Of a DNA stretch of 64,000 nucleotides, positions 1 to 9,007 are shown piece by piece; positions within the stretch are counted from its first letter, which is position 1; the number at the start of each line of letters is the position of its first letter. The translations under genes and the position numbers were made by a program. The notes under the pieces are model-generated. The model was given only the letters and a program-made list of their open reading frames with translations, did no database searches and was not told the origin of the DNA. The stretch is from an uncultured candidate division Zixibacteria bacterium. Its GTDB lineage: Bacteria; Zixibacteria; MSB-5A5; GN15; PGXB01. The DNA is taken from contig OY969724.1 in NCBI GenBank assembly GCA_963702205.1, positions 3,456,001 through 3,520,000 on the forward strand. The letters run 5' to 3'.

Positions 1-497
1 AAAATCGGCATCAGGGACAACACTACCGGGACAATGTCATTCTGACGCGCCAGATCGACCATGCTGACGAAATAATCCTGTATTTCCGCCAGCGACTCGG
101 GCAGGCGAAGATTATATGAGCTGATCTCCAAAACAACGGCTTTGGGATGCAATTCAATGACATCGGGACGGAATCGCAGCAGCATTCCGGCCGCGCGCTG
201 ACCCGGTATCCCCCGATTGACGGCCTCAATCTCAGGAAAGGACGATTGCAAATCCCAGTTTTTTATAAGCTGCGTTCCGAAAAATACCACGCGATTGGAA
301 ACCAGTGTATCGCTTTTCAGGTGTTCATTTTCATTTTGATAATATTGTCGACCGGAGAATTCCTCGACGACGCTGACATATTTGTCCAACCATTCATTGA
401 TATGGCCGCGATATTCCAGCGCTTTGCGGGCGACATAAATGACCCCAAGGTTGCCCACCAGCGATACGATCAGGACTATTTTCCAGATTCTTTTCAT
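1..497 (-). CDS. SGNH/GDSL hydrolase-fold protein with N-terminal membrane anchor (3' end runs off the window; catalytic motifs degenerate)
   Basis: Not in ORF track. Manual translation from ATG at 497: MKRIWKIVLIVSLVGNLGVIYVAR...NRVVFFGTQLIKNW...AVNRGIPGQRAAGMLLRFRPDVIELHPKAVVLEISSYNL; SGNH block I-III spacing; open to position 1. Confidence 0.75.
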   Translation of the reverse strand, partial: MKRIWKIVLIVSLVGNLGVIYVARKALEYRGHINEWLDKYVSVVEEFSGRQYYQNENEHLKSDTLVSNRVVFFGTQLIKNWDLQSSFPEIEAVNRGIPGQRAAGMLLRFRPDVIELHPKAVVLEISSYNLRLPESLAEIQDYFVSMVDLARQNDIVPVVLSLMPI

Positions 498-621
498 AAC
501 AGTACCCGAATGAATAATCCCATCCCCATCGGCCCGATGCAACAAAAAATATTTTAGTATTTCGCACCGCCTATTAAAGGGTGCTTGCCGATTCGCCAAT
601 TTAAGCGTATTTTGGGCACCT

Positions 622-1518
622 ATGAACCTCTCGATGGATTACCTCGGACGCATCTTCGCCCTCGCCACGGCCATCATCTGGGCTTTCGCGGTGGTCCTTT
701 TCAAGAAAAGCGGCGAAACGGTCCACCCCATCGCTTTGAACGTTTTGAAAAACCTCCTGGCGCTGATTCTCCTGGCGCCGACCATCTGGCTGGCCGGCGG
801 CGAAATTTTCCGCGACAGCCCGGCCCGGGATTATATTCTGATATTCATTTCCGGCGCTCTTGGTATCGGCATCGCCGACACCCTTTTCTTCATGAGCTTG
901 AACCGTGTCGGGGCCGGACTATCAGCCATTTTGTCGTGTTTATACAGCCCGTTTATGATCGGTATGTCAATGATATTCCTGCACGAAGAAATGACCTTCT
1001 ATCAAATTTTCGGAGTGATGCTCATCATTTCCGCTATCCTCACCGCCGCCTCGCGCAAAGGCGCCGGGAATATCCCACCCAAAGTATTAATGCAGGGAGT
1101 CTTGCTGGCCGCCATAGCCAACCTTGTCATGGCTTATGGTATCGTACTAATTAAACCGATTCTGGACACGGCTCCCCTCCTCTGGGTGACAGAAATGCGT
1201 CTGGTGGGCGGCATGATCGTTCTGGCTGTCGTGCTGGCGGTTTATCCCGGACGAGTGAGAGTTATGAAAACGCTGTCAATAGGCAAGGGCTGGAAGTACA
1301 GCCTGGCCGGATCGTTTTTCGGTACCTATGTGGCTTATACTCTCTGGCTGGCCGGAATGAAATTCACGAAAGTATCTATTGCCGCCGCGCTCAACCAGAC
1401 CAGCAATATATTCCTGTTTATCTTCGCGGCCCTGATTTTGAAAGAAGCCATAAATTATCGCAAGACGGTAGGAATAATTCTTGGCGTAGCCGGCGCATTG
1501 ATTATAATACTTGCCTGA
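622..1518 (+). CDS. DMT/EamA family transporter
   Basis: 298 aa, about 10 hydrophobic helices in two repeated halves (ATAIIWA...; FAALILKE). Confidence 0.9.
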   Translation: MNLSMDYLGRIFALATAIIWAFAVVLFKKSGETVHPIALNVLKNLLALILLAPTIWLAGGEIFRDSPARDYILIFISGALGIGIADTLFFMSLNRVGAGLSAILSCLYSPFMIGMSMIFLHEEMTFYQIFGVMLIISAILTAASRKGAGNIPPKVLMQGVLLAAIANLVMAYGIVLIKPILDTAPLLWVTEMRLVGGMIVLAVVLAVYPGRVRVMKTLSIGKGWKYSLAGSFFGTYVAYTLWLAGMKFTKVSIAAALNQTSNIFLFIFAALILKEAINYRKTVGIILGVAGALIIILA

Positions 1519-1561
1519 TGACTCGACAAAAATTACAAGTCATATATTTCGGAGACCTATC

Positions 1562-4500
1562 ATGAAATTTTCAAAAATCGCTGTGACATTAACTTTATTG
1601 TTTGCAGCAGGCGCTTTGTCCCGGGCCGGTGAAGTCAGCTACGCCCGCTACCCGGCCCTGTCGCCCGACGGCCAGACCATCGCCTTCACATATATGGGTG
1701 ACCTCTGGACCGTCCCGTCATCGGGCGGTGCCGCCAGCCGCCTTACCGTGCACCCGGCCGAGGACATAATGCCGCAGTTTTCACCCGATGGATCCAAAAT
1801 CCTGTTTTCCTCCAATCGCTTCAACAACTATGACGTCTTTATCATGCCTGTCGAAGGTGGCCCCCCGGAACAATTGACCTTTGCCTCCAGCACCGATATT
1901 GGCTCATCCTGGTTTGCCGGAGGAGATTCCGTGCTGTTTACGTCGCGTCGTGAGGGTTGGGCCGACATTTACAAAGTATCGGCCGAAGGCGGTGCAGCGA
2001 TCAAGCTGACCGGATACCTTCACGAAAAAGAGCATTTCGGGCGCATGTCTCCCGATGGTAAATTTCTTATTTACAGCACCGGTTCCGGAGATTCGCGCTG
2101 GTGGCGGCGTGACCTAAGAGGCGGCCGCGATTCCGACATATTCATGTTCGACCGCAGCCAGGAAAAGTACACGTCGAAAAGACTGACCGACTTTAAAGGA
2201 CACGACTTATGGCCGGTTTTGAACGACGCCCGACGCGAAATATATTTCGTTTCCAATCGCGATGACAATTACGCCCAGGTTTGGAAAAAATCCCTCGACG
2301 GCGGCGAGGCGGCCGCCCTGACTTCGTTCGACACCGATGGCGTCCAATGGCTCAATTCAAACCCGCAAGGCGATATGCTCGTCTTCGAGCAGAATTTTAA
2401 AATATGGACGCTGAATCCCGCCGACGGCATCATAAAAGAAATCCCGATTGACATAAACAGCGATGAGATAAAAAACCCTGTCGAACAAAAGGTATTCAAA
2501 GACAAGGTCGAGCGTTTTACCCTTTCCCCCGATGGCAAAAAAATCGCGGCGGTCGTGCACGGTGAAATATTCGTCATTCCATCGGAAAAGCCCGAAGAAG
2601 GTCGGCCGGTTACTTTCACATCCGCGAGAGAATCCTACCCCGCCTGGGGAAAGGATTCGCGCATTATTTATTATTCATCCGACCTCAACGGCAATAATGA
2701 TATTTTTTCCGTCGATGCCGCCACTGGTGAGCAAAAACAGTTGACGTCCTCCAAAGAAAACGATATGAAGCCGATTGTCTCACCCGACGGCAAATTTCTC
2801 GCCATCTACCGGGGCCTGCACAAAATCGTTCGCTATGACCTCGCGAAAAATACCGAAACCGTCTGGGTGAAAAGTGATTTCGGGGATATGGAACTGGAGG
2901 GTACTATCGATTACGCCTGGTCGCCCGATTCCCGCTGGCTGGCCTTTTCCGCTTTTGGCCCGACCATGGAATCCGACATATATGTCGTCGATCTCGACGG
3001 CCGAACGCACGATGTATCTCAATTCTACGGCTGGAATCTCGATCCGAAGTTCTCATCGGACGGGAAAATGCTCTATTTCACTTTTGCGACGCGTTACGAA
3101 TCGCATACGTACAAAATCGATCTACAGTACAAACCGGTCGAATATTTCGAAGCCTTGCTGGACAGCCTGTTCGCAAACGATGACGGCGAAAAGACCAAAG
3201 AAAAAAAATCTGATAAAAAGGCCGATTCGGCCGCGGTCGAACCGGTGCGAATAAATTTTGACCGTATTGTCGACCGGCGCTCACTGGCCGCGAAACTCCC
3301 GACGTCAGATGAATATCCCGTCCTTGGCCCCGACGGCAAGAAATTTTTCTTCGTCTCCTCCATACTCGGCCGGCCGGAAATCTGGTCGGTAAACGTCGAG
3401 GGCAGCCCCGACCTCGAGCAACTCACCAAAACCGATGGATCGGAGAGCAACCTCGTGATTTCACCCGACGGCAAAAAGTTGTACTACTTGGAGGGAAGCG
3501 TTATCAGGTGGACCGATACCGAGGGTGGCAAGACGACGTCACTGGCCTTCAAAGCGCCGCTCGAGATCGACCGGATGGCCAACAACCGCCAGAAATTCAT
3601 GGAATCGTGGAAAATGCTGAACGACTATTTCTACGACTCAACCTTCCACGGGGCCGACTGGAAAGCCGCCAGGTCCAAATACCAGCCGCTGCTGGATAAC
3701 ATCAGCACCGACGCCGACTTTGAAAACCTGATGTTCGAACTGTTCGGCGAACTGCGCGCTTCGCATCTCTGGATATACGACAACGGCCCCGCCCCGTCGG
3801 AGATGGTACAAACCGGTGCGACCGGGATATGGATCGACTACAAAGCGCTTGACCGCGACGGTCAGTACAAAATCGACCGTGTCTTCACATCTTCCCCCGC
3901 TGCCCTGGCCGGAATCAAGCCGGGTCAGTACCTGCGGACTATCGACGGCAAAACCGTTACCAGAGATACCAATATGTACCGTTTTACGGCCGGGACCATC
4001 GGCCGCCGCTTGAAACTCGGCATCTCCGACACTCCCAACGGCAAAATGACTGACGTCTACGTCAAACCGATCTCGATCCTCGCCGAACGCGACCTGTGGT
4101 ACGACGACTGGGTAGCACAACGCCGGGCCATGGTTGACAGCCTGTCGGACAGACGGCTCGCCTACATTCACATTCCGGCAATGAACCAAAACGCGCTGGA
4201 AAAATTCACCGAACAACTGGTCTCGATCGCCGAGCCCAAAGAAGGACTCCTTATCGACGTGCGCGATAACGGCGGCGGAAATATAGCCGTCTACCTGCTC
4301 GGGATGCTTATGAAATCGCCGTTTATCATGCGGGAATTTCGAGAGTCGCCGGTAACGTCGGAAAACAAGATGCGCTCCAAAGCCGTCGAAAAACCGATGG
4401 TACTTCTGATCAATGAATATTCCGGTTCTAATTCCGAGATTTTCGCCGAGGGTTTCCGCAAACTCGGCCTCGGTAAAATAATCGGCACAGCCACGTCCGG

Positions 4501-4717
4501 CGGCGTAATCGGAACGTCATCATACACATTGATTGACGGCACTCGCATTAGGCGGCCTTCGACGGGTTCGTTCACGACCGACATGGAGGACATCGACCTC
4601 CAGCCCCGGCAGCCGGACATATATGTAGAGAACCTTCTCGATGATTTCATCAACGGCCGTGACCCGCAACTGGTCCGGGCCGTACAAGAGCTTCTGAAAG
4701 AACTTAATCAAGAATAG
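1562..4717 (+). CDS. Secreted tricorn-like S41 peptidase (PD40 beta-propellers, PDZ, S41 domain)
   Basis: Signal peptide MKFSKIAV... after GGAG SD; many SPDG PD40 repeats; IDVRDNGGG, SGSNSEIF nucleophile motif, LRASH. Confidence 0.92.
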   Translation: MKFSKIAVTLTLLFAAGALSRAGEVSYARYPALSPDGQTIAFTYMGDLWTVPSSGGAASRLTVHPAEDIMPQFSPDGSKILFSSNRFNNYDVFIMPVEGGPPEQLTFASSTDIGSSWFAGGDSVLFTSRREGWADIYKVSAEGGAAIKLTGYLHEKEHFGRMSPDGKFLIYSTGSGDSRWWRRDLRGGRDSDIFMFDRSQEKYTSKRLTDFKGHDLWPVLNDARREIYFVSNRDDNYAQVWKKSLDGGEAAALTSFDTDGVQWLNSNPQGDMLVFEQNFKIWTLNPADGIIKEIPIDINSDEIKNPVEQKVFKDKVERFTLSPDGKKIAAVVHGEIFVIPSEKPEEGRPVTFTSARESYPAWGKDSRIIYYSSDLNGNNDIFSVDAATGEQKQLTSSKENDMKPIVSPDGKFLAIYRGLHKIVRYDLAKNTETVWVKSDFGDMELEGTIDYAWSPDSRWLAFSAFGPTMESDIYVVDLDGRTHDVSQFYGWNLDPKFSSDGKMLYFTFATRYESHTYKIDLQYKPVEYFEALLDSLFANDDGEKTKEKKSDKKADSAAVEPVRINFDRIVDRRSLAAKLPTSDEYPVLGPDGKKFFFVSSILGRPEIWSVNVEGSPDLEQLTKTDGSESNLVISPDGKKLYYLEGSVIRWTDTEGGKTTSLAFKAPLEIDRMANNRQKFMESWKMLNDYFYDSTFHGADWKAARSKYQPLLDNISTDADFENLMFELFGELRASHLWIYDNGPAPSEMVQTGATGIWIDYKALDRDGQYKIDRVFTSSPAALAGIKPGQYLRTIDGKTVTRDTNMYRFTAGTIGRRLKLGISDTPNGKMTDVYVKPISILAERDLWYDDWVAQRRAMVDSLSDRRLAYIHIPAMNQNALEKFTEQLVSIAEPKEGLLIDVRDNGGGNIAVYLLGMLMKSPFIMREFRESPVTSENKMRSKAVEKPMVLLINEYSGSNSEIFAEGFRKLGLGKIIGTATSGGVIGTSSYTLIDGTRIRRPSTGSFTTDMEDIDLQPRQPDIYVENLLDDFINGRDPQLVRAVQELLKELNQE

Positions 4718-4726
4718 GCTTTATTT

Positions 4727-4760
4727 AAGGCGGAAGACAATAGGCTCTTCCGCCTTTTTT
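4727..4760 (+). terminator. Intrinsic terminator
   Basis: AAGGCGGAAGA-caataggc-TCTTCCGCCTT followed by T run. Confidence 0.85.
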
Positions 4761-4831
4761 ATCTTCCGGGTTTTCTTGACTTTATTCGCGCTCGCGGTAT
4801 ATTTCGTCCGGATCCTAAGTCATTGTATGTT

Positions 4832-7096
4832 ATGAAAATATTATATCTGACAATTTTTTTGCTGATCGCTGTGTCGGCTGAAATTGCACCCGCCTCGACA
4901 CCAATTGTACGCGAGTTCAAGCCCGCCGAGGACGCTCTCATCCTCCCCTATCGCTTTGAAATCAGGGATAAACTCATTACCAGATCCTTCGACTATACAT
5001 ATCCGATAAGGATTCACAAGGACGGCAGCTACGGTTTACTCCTCGTCGGCGACCGAGCTCTGGATGAAAACACATCGAGCATACTCTTCTACGACGACAT
5101 CCAGCGCCAAAATGCCATCTGGCACTATCATATACCGACCGGTCATTTGTCCGCACCGTTGATTGCCGACTTCGATAACGACGGCCTCGAGGACGCCGCC
5201 ACCTGTTACGTGATAGCCGACAGCCTGTGGGTCGAAATAGTGCAGGTTAGCAAACAAACACTGTTCAAGAAAATGATCGCCTCAGGCGTTGATCGCGATA
5301 ATTCAGGTGTCTGGGACGCTAACGGCATTATGCTGAAAGCTTTTGACTTCAACGGCGACGGGTACAAAGACATTTTGTTTTCGATCGACTGCGGCTATGA
5401 TCTGTACCCTCGCAGCGTAGTATGCCTCGACTGGAAGAACGACGCCATTCTCTGGCGCTATGATATCGCCGGAATCATAAATTCTGGTAATACATTTATC
5501 GTAAAAATTCCCGCTGACGGCAGCTTGAGAATCGTCTTCGGCGTCGCGTCCAAAGGCAATGCCGCCGTCGCGGCCGACATGGACGACAGCCATTCATATA
5601 CGATCGTCCTTGACGACCACGGTCGACTTCTCTGGCATCTGCAGACGGGCGGATCATTTACGAATGCAACTCCGGTGGTGTACGATTTCAACAACGACGG
5701 CATCCCCGAAATTCTTGTTGCCAGAACTCCGGCTATGCTATCCGAAGGCACGGACCCAACGCTTAATTATTTTTATCTCGATATGTACACTCTCGACGGC
5801 AATCTAATCTCCGAAAAGGAGCTCGGGACCGGCTCGCTGCCGCGTGAAATGCGTTTGTTCGATTTTAACTCCGACGGGACTCCGGAAATATTCGTGGAGA
5901 CTCGCGAACGGCGACTTATCATTCTGGATCTCGAACTGGACGAACTTGAGGTATGCACCGCACCTTCCATCTTCACCGTATGGGACTGCCGGGATTTTCT
6001 CGGTCGGGGAGACAATCAACTTCTTATGGTGCTTCATTCAACCTGTCTGCTTTTGACCGACGGCAACTTCAATCCGCTGGCACAGATCGACGCCGACGGC
6101 CCCCTGCACGTCAATAGTTATATGGCTGCACAAATTTCACCGCCGCAAAAGAAATATTCCATCTTTATCTCTTCCGGTCTGCTTGCCGACAGCTATGTCT
6201 ACGAACTCGCCCGCTCACCCTGGTACACAGTATTTTCACGGAAGCCGTTGCTGGCCTTTCTGGCCGGGGCGGTCCCGCTGGGAATTATCGCGGCCGTAAT
6301 CTGGTTCATCTTGACCGCCTTCCGCCGCAAGAATAAAATAATCGAAGATCAGAAAAACCGTCTCGATAGGGCGTTAACCGACCTGCGCGCGGCCCAGGAA
6401 GAACTAATTGCCGCCGAAAAATACCGCCAGGCCAAAGACATCGCCGGAGGCGTCGCCCACGAAATACTCAACGCCCTCTACCCGGCCCGCACCGCCCTTG
6501 ACAGCCTGAAAGAAAAGCCCGAGGCTGATACAGCGGATTCCCGCGACCGCCGCATCCAAATGCTGAACCTTGCCGAGCGCGCCGTAAACCGCGCCATGAC
6601 TATGGTCGAGCTGGTTAAAGTCTATTCCCGGCTCGACACCGAGAAAAAAACCGAAAAGACATCGCTGGCCGAAATCGCCGCCGAAGTCATAGAAAGCGAC
6701 CAAGACAGGATCGAGAAGGTGACGGCCGAAGTATTCACGGATATCCCCGATGATCTGTCCATCAATATGTACAGACTCCATGCCTACAGCATTCTAAATA
6801 ATTTATTCTTAAACAGCCTGACAGCAATAGAAAATTCGCCGCAAAAGAAAATATATATAAGAGCGGCAGAACACGAAGGCAAAGTTCGCCTGGAGATAGA
6901 AGATACAGGTCCCGGAATCCCCGATAAAATCGTCGAGCGTATATTCGACGCCTTCTATACGACTCATCCCAACTCGGGAACCGGCCTCGGGCTGAGCATT
7001 GTCAAACGCATTGTTTCACTTTACGAGGGCCAAATTCACACTGAATCAGTGCTGGACAAGGGAACAAAATTCATTATATTATTTTATAAAGCCTGA
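4832..7096 (+). CDS. Membrane sensor histidine kinase with FG-GAP/VCBS-repeat extracellular domain
   Basis: Signal peptide; DFDNDG, DFNGDG, DFNNDG, DFNSDG repeats; single TM; H-box AHEILNAL; N box, DTGPG and GTGLGL boxes. Confidence 0.9.
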   Translation: MKILYLTIFLLIAVSAEIAPASTPIVREFKPAEDALILPYRFEIRDKLITRSFDYTYPIRIHKDGSYGLLLVGDRALDENTSSILFYDDIQRQNAIWHYHIPTGHLSAPLIADFDNDGLEDAATCYVIADSLWVEIVQVSKQTLFKKMIASGVDRDNSGVWDANGIMLKAFDFNGDGYKDILFSIDCGYDLYPRSVVCLDWKNDAILWRYDIAGIINSGNTFIVKIPADGSLRIVFGVASKGNAAVAADMDDSHSYTIVLDDHGRLLWHLQTGGSFTNATPVVYDFNNDGIPEILVARTPAMLSEGTDPTLNYFYLDMYTLDGNLISEKELGTGSLPREMRLFDFNSDGTPEIFVETRERRLIILDLELDELEVCTAPSIFTVWDCRDFLGRGDNQLLMVLHSTCLLLTDGNFNPLAQIDADGPLHVNSYMAAQISPPQKKYSIFISSGLLADSYVYELARSPWYTVFSRKPLLAFLAGAVPLGIIAAVIWFILTAFRRKNKIIEDQKNRLDRALTDLRAAQEELIAAEKYRQAKDIAGGVAHEILNALYPARTALDSLKEKPEADTADSRDRRIQMLNLAERAVNRAMTMVELVKVYSRLDTEKKTEKTSLAEIAAEVIESDQDRIEKVTAEVFTDIPDDLSINMYRLHAYSILNNLFLNSLTAIENSPQKKIYIRAAEHEGKVRLEIEDTGPGIPDKIVERIFDAFYTTHPNSGTGLGLSIVKRIVSLYEGQIHTESVLDKGTKFIILFYKA

Positions 7097-7145
7097 GTAA
7101 TTCATCTGCAGCTTAAAATTGTAATTTTCCCATAAGGATAAGGGT

Positions 7146-8492
7146 ATGGCCGATCGAATACTGTTGGTTGATGATGACCCTATGGTCATGGAGGCTTTAA
7201 AGCAGGTTTTCGACGAAGAATACGAAACGCTGGCCGGCGTGTCGGGATTCGAAACCCTCGAAATCCTGAGCACGAACGACAACATCAACACCGTCATTCT
7301 GGATATTCGCATGGCCGAACTGGACGGGCTCGAAACCGCCCGTAAAATCCACGAAATTAATCCCGAACTCCCCATTATATTTCATACCGGTTACCCCGGC
7401 GATTATTCCGAGGGTGAGATCGAAAAAGAGTACAGTCCTTTCGATTACGTCATTAAAAGCGAGCGCCTGGCCAGATTGCGCCGGGCCGTCAAAAACGCCG
7501 TCAAGCATTATAAACTTCGGACCGATTCGCAGACCTTACGAAAAATCGCGCTGGAAAATTACGGCCTTGTGGGCAAGTCTGCCACCATGCTGAACGTCTT
7601 CAAAAAAATCGAGCAGGTAGCCGCGACTGAAAGCAAAATTCTTATCCTCGGTCCGACCGGCAGCGGCAAGGAACTCGTAGCGCGGGCTATACACAAATCG
7701 AGCCGTCGCGGCGATGCCCGTCTGGCAATTTTAAATTGCAATCATAAATCATTCGACCTGGTCGAATCGGAGCTGTTCGGACATCTGAAAGGCTCATTTA
7801 CCGGGGCGGTCGCGGACCGGGTGGGACTATTCGAATACGCCGACGGCGGCACCGTTTTCCTCGATGAAATCGGTGACCTCGACATAACCACCCAGGCCAA
7901 AATCCTGAGGATTCTCGAATCCGGCGAATTCAGCAAAGTCGGCTCGCCCGAAGTGCAATCCACGGATATTCGCCTGATTTGTGCCACGCATCGCAACCTC
8001 GAACGACTGGTCAGCGATAATATATTCCGCGAGGATCTCTTTTACCGCATAAACGGCATTACTATCACCCTGCCACCGTTAAAAGACAGACGCGAAGATA
8101 TTCCACTTTTAATAGAACATTTCGCAGAAAATTATTTCATGCGCAACGGATGCGGACCGAAAATCTTCGAGCCCGACGCCATCGATGATTTAATCGCCTT
8201 TGACTGGCCGGGCAACGTGCGCCAACTGCTCGACGCCGTTCAGTCTCTTTTCGACCTGACAGCGTCGTCATACATAACGCGCGCTCATGTCGGCGAATAT
8301 CTGAACAGACATCCGTTAGAAAAATCAAATGGCCATTCGCTGTCCGATATTCTCAAAGATTATAAGAAAACTGTCATAATACAAACTCTAACCCGGCACG
8401 AATTCAATGCCAGCGCCGCGGCCCGGGAGCTTCAGATTGACCCGGCCAATTTCCATAAGATGATCAACGACCTGAACATATCCAAAGGTTAA
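7146..8492 (+). CDS. NtrC-family sigma54-dependent response regulator
   Basis: REC domain (LLVDDD, ILDIRM), Walker A GPTGSGKE, GSFTGA loop, FLDEIG, WPGNVRQL, C-terminal HTH. Confidence 0.93.
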   Translation: MADRILLVDDDPMVMEALKQVFDEEYETLAGVSGFETLEILSTNDNINTVILDIRMAELDGLETARKIHEINPELPIIFHTGYPGDYSEGEIEKEYSPFDYVIKSERLARLRRAVKNAVKHYKLRTDSQTLRKIALENYGLVGKSATMLNVFKKIEQVAATESKILILGPTGSGKELVARAIHKSSRRGDARLAILNCNHKSFDLVESELFGHLKGSFTGAVADRVGLFEYADGGTVFLDEIGDLDITTQAKILRILESGEFSKVGSPEVQSTDIRLICATHRNLERLVSDNIFREDLFYRINGITITLPPLKDRREDIPLLIEHFAENYFMRNGCGPKIFEPDAIDDLIAFDWPGNVRQLLDAVQSLFDLTASSYITRAHVGEYLNRHPLEKSNGHSLSDILKDYKKTVIIQTLTRHEFNASAAARELQIDPANFHKMINDLNISKG

Positions 8493-8668
8493 TTTCACCA
8501 ATCCGATTTGCCTCAATTCGTGTATATTCAACTAATTTCCGTATCTGCCCTGTTAGCCTTCATCGTTAGTTCATAGACCACAACAATTTACAACGAGTCA
8601 AAACGCCACCACGGTCGGCACGCTATTCGATATATAATTTGTAAATTCTGCCATAAAAACTACCCGGT

Positions 8669-8786
8669 AGCAGAAGACCCTGCTTCAATGGGTTTTTCCC
8701 ATGAGGGGGGACTCAATTCGGCTGATTAGCTCGATTGAGTAGCACGCCCCGATGGATGTCCGTGCTCGCATCCTCGGGGCTTTTTT
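8669..8786 (+). ncRNA. Candidate structured RNA (four consecutive hairpins ending in a terminator)
   Basis: Stems AGCAG/CTGCT, ATGGG/CCCAT, ACTCAAT..ATTGAGT, GCCCCGA-TGGATG..CATCC-TCGGGGC + T6; no family recognised. Confidence 0.35.
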
Positions 8787-9007
8787 ATTATAAAGGTATC
8801 AACATTTGGACCCGCGTTTTCGCATCAATAAACAAAGATCGCATTTTGAAATACGTATCATATTTACCGCGTTACCAAAAGCTAAAGGGCGAGATTATCA
8901 ATAATGTGCCTTAAAACGGCTAAAAACATCTTTGCAATTTCCGATAACCTGTTATATTATATCCAATTACAACACAGGAGTTCACGATTACCCGCCCGGG
9001 AGGCAAA

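Noticed and set aside
147..557. 136-aa plus-strand ORF
   Set aside because: Antisense shadow of the SGNH-like gene on the minus strand
8616..8631. Possible sigma54 promoter CGGCACGCTATTCGAT downstream of the NtrC-type gene
   Set aside because: The -24 GG box fits but the -12 position is GA rather than the near-invariant GC; not supportable alone
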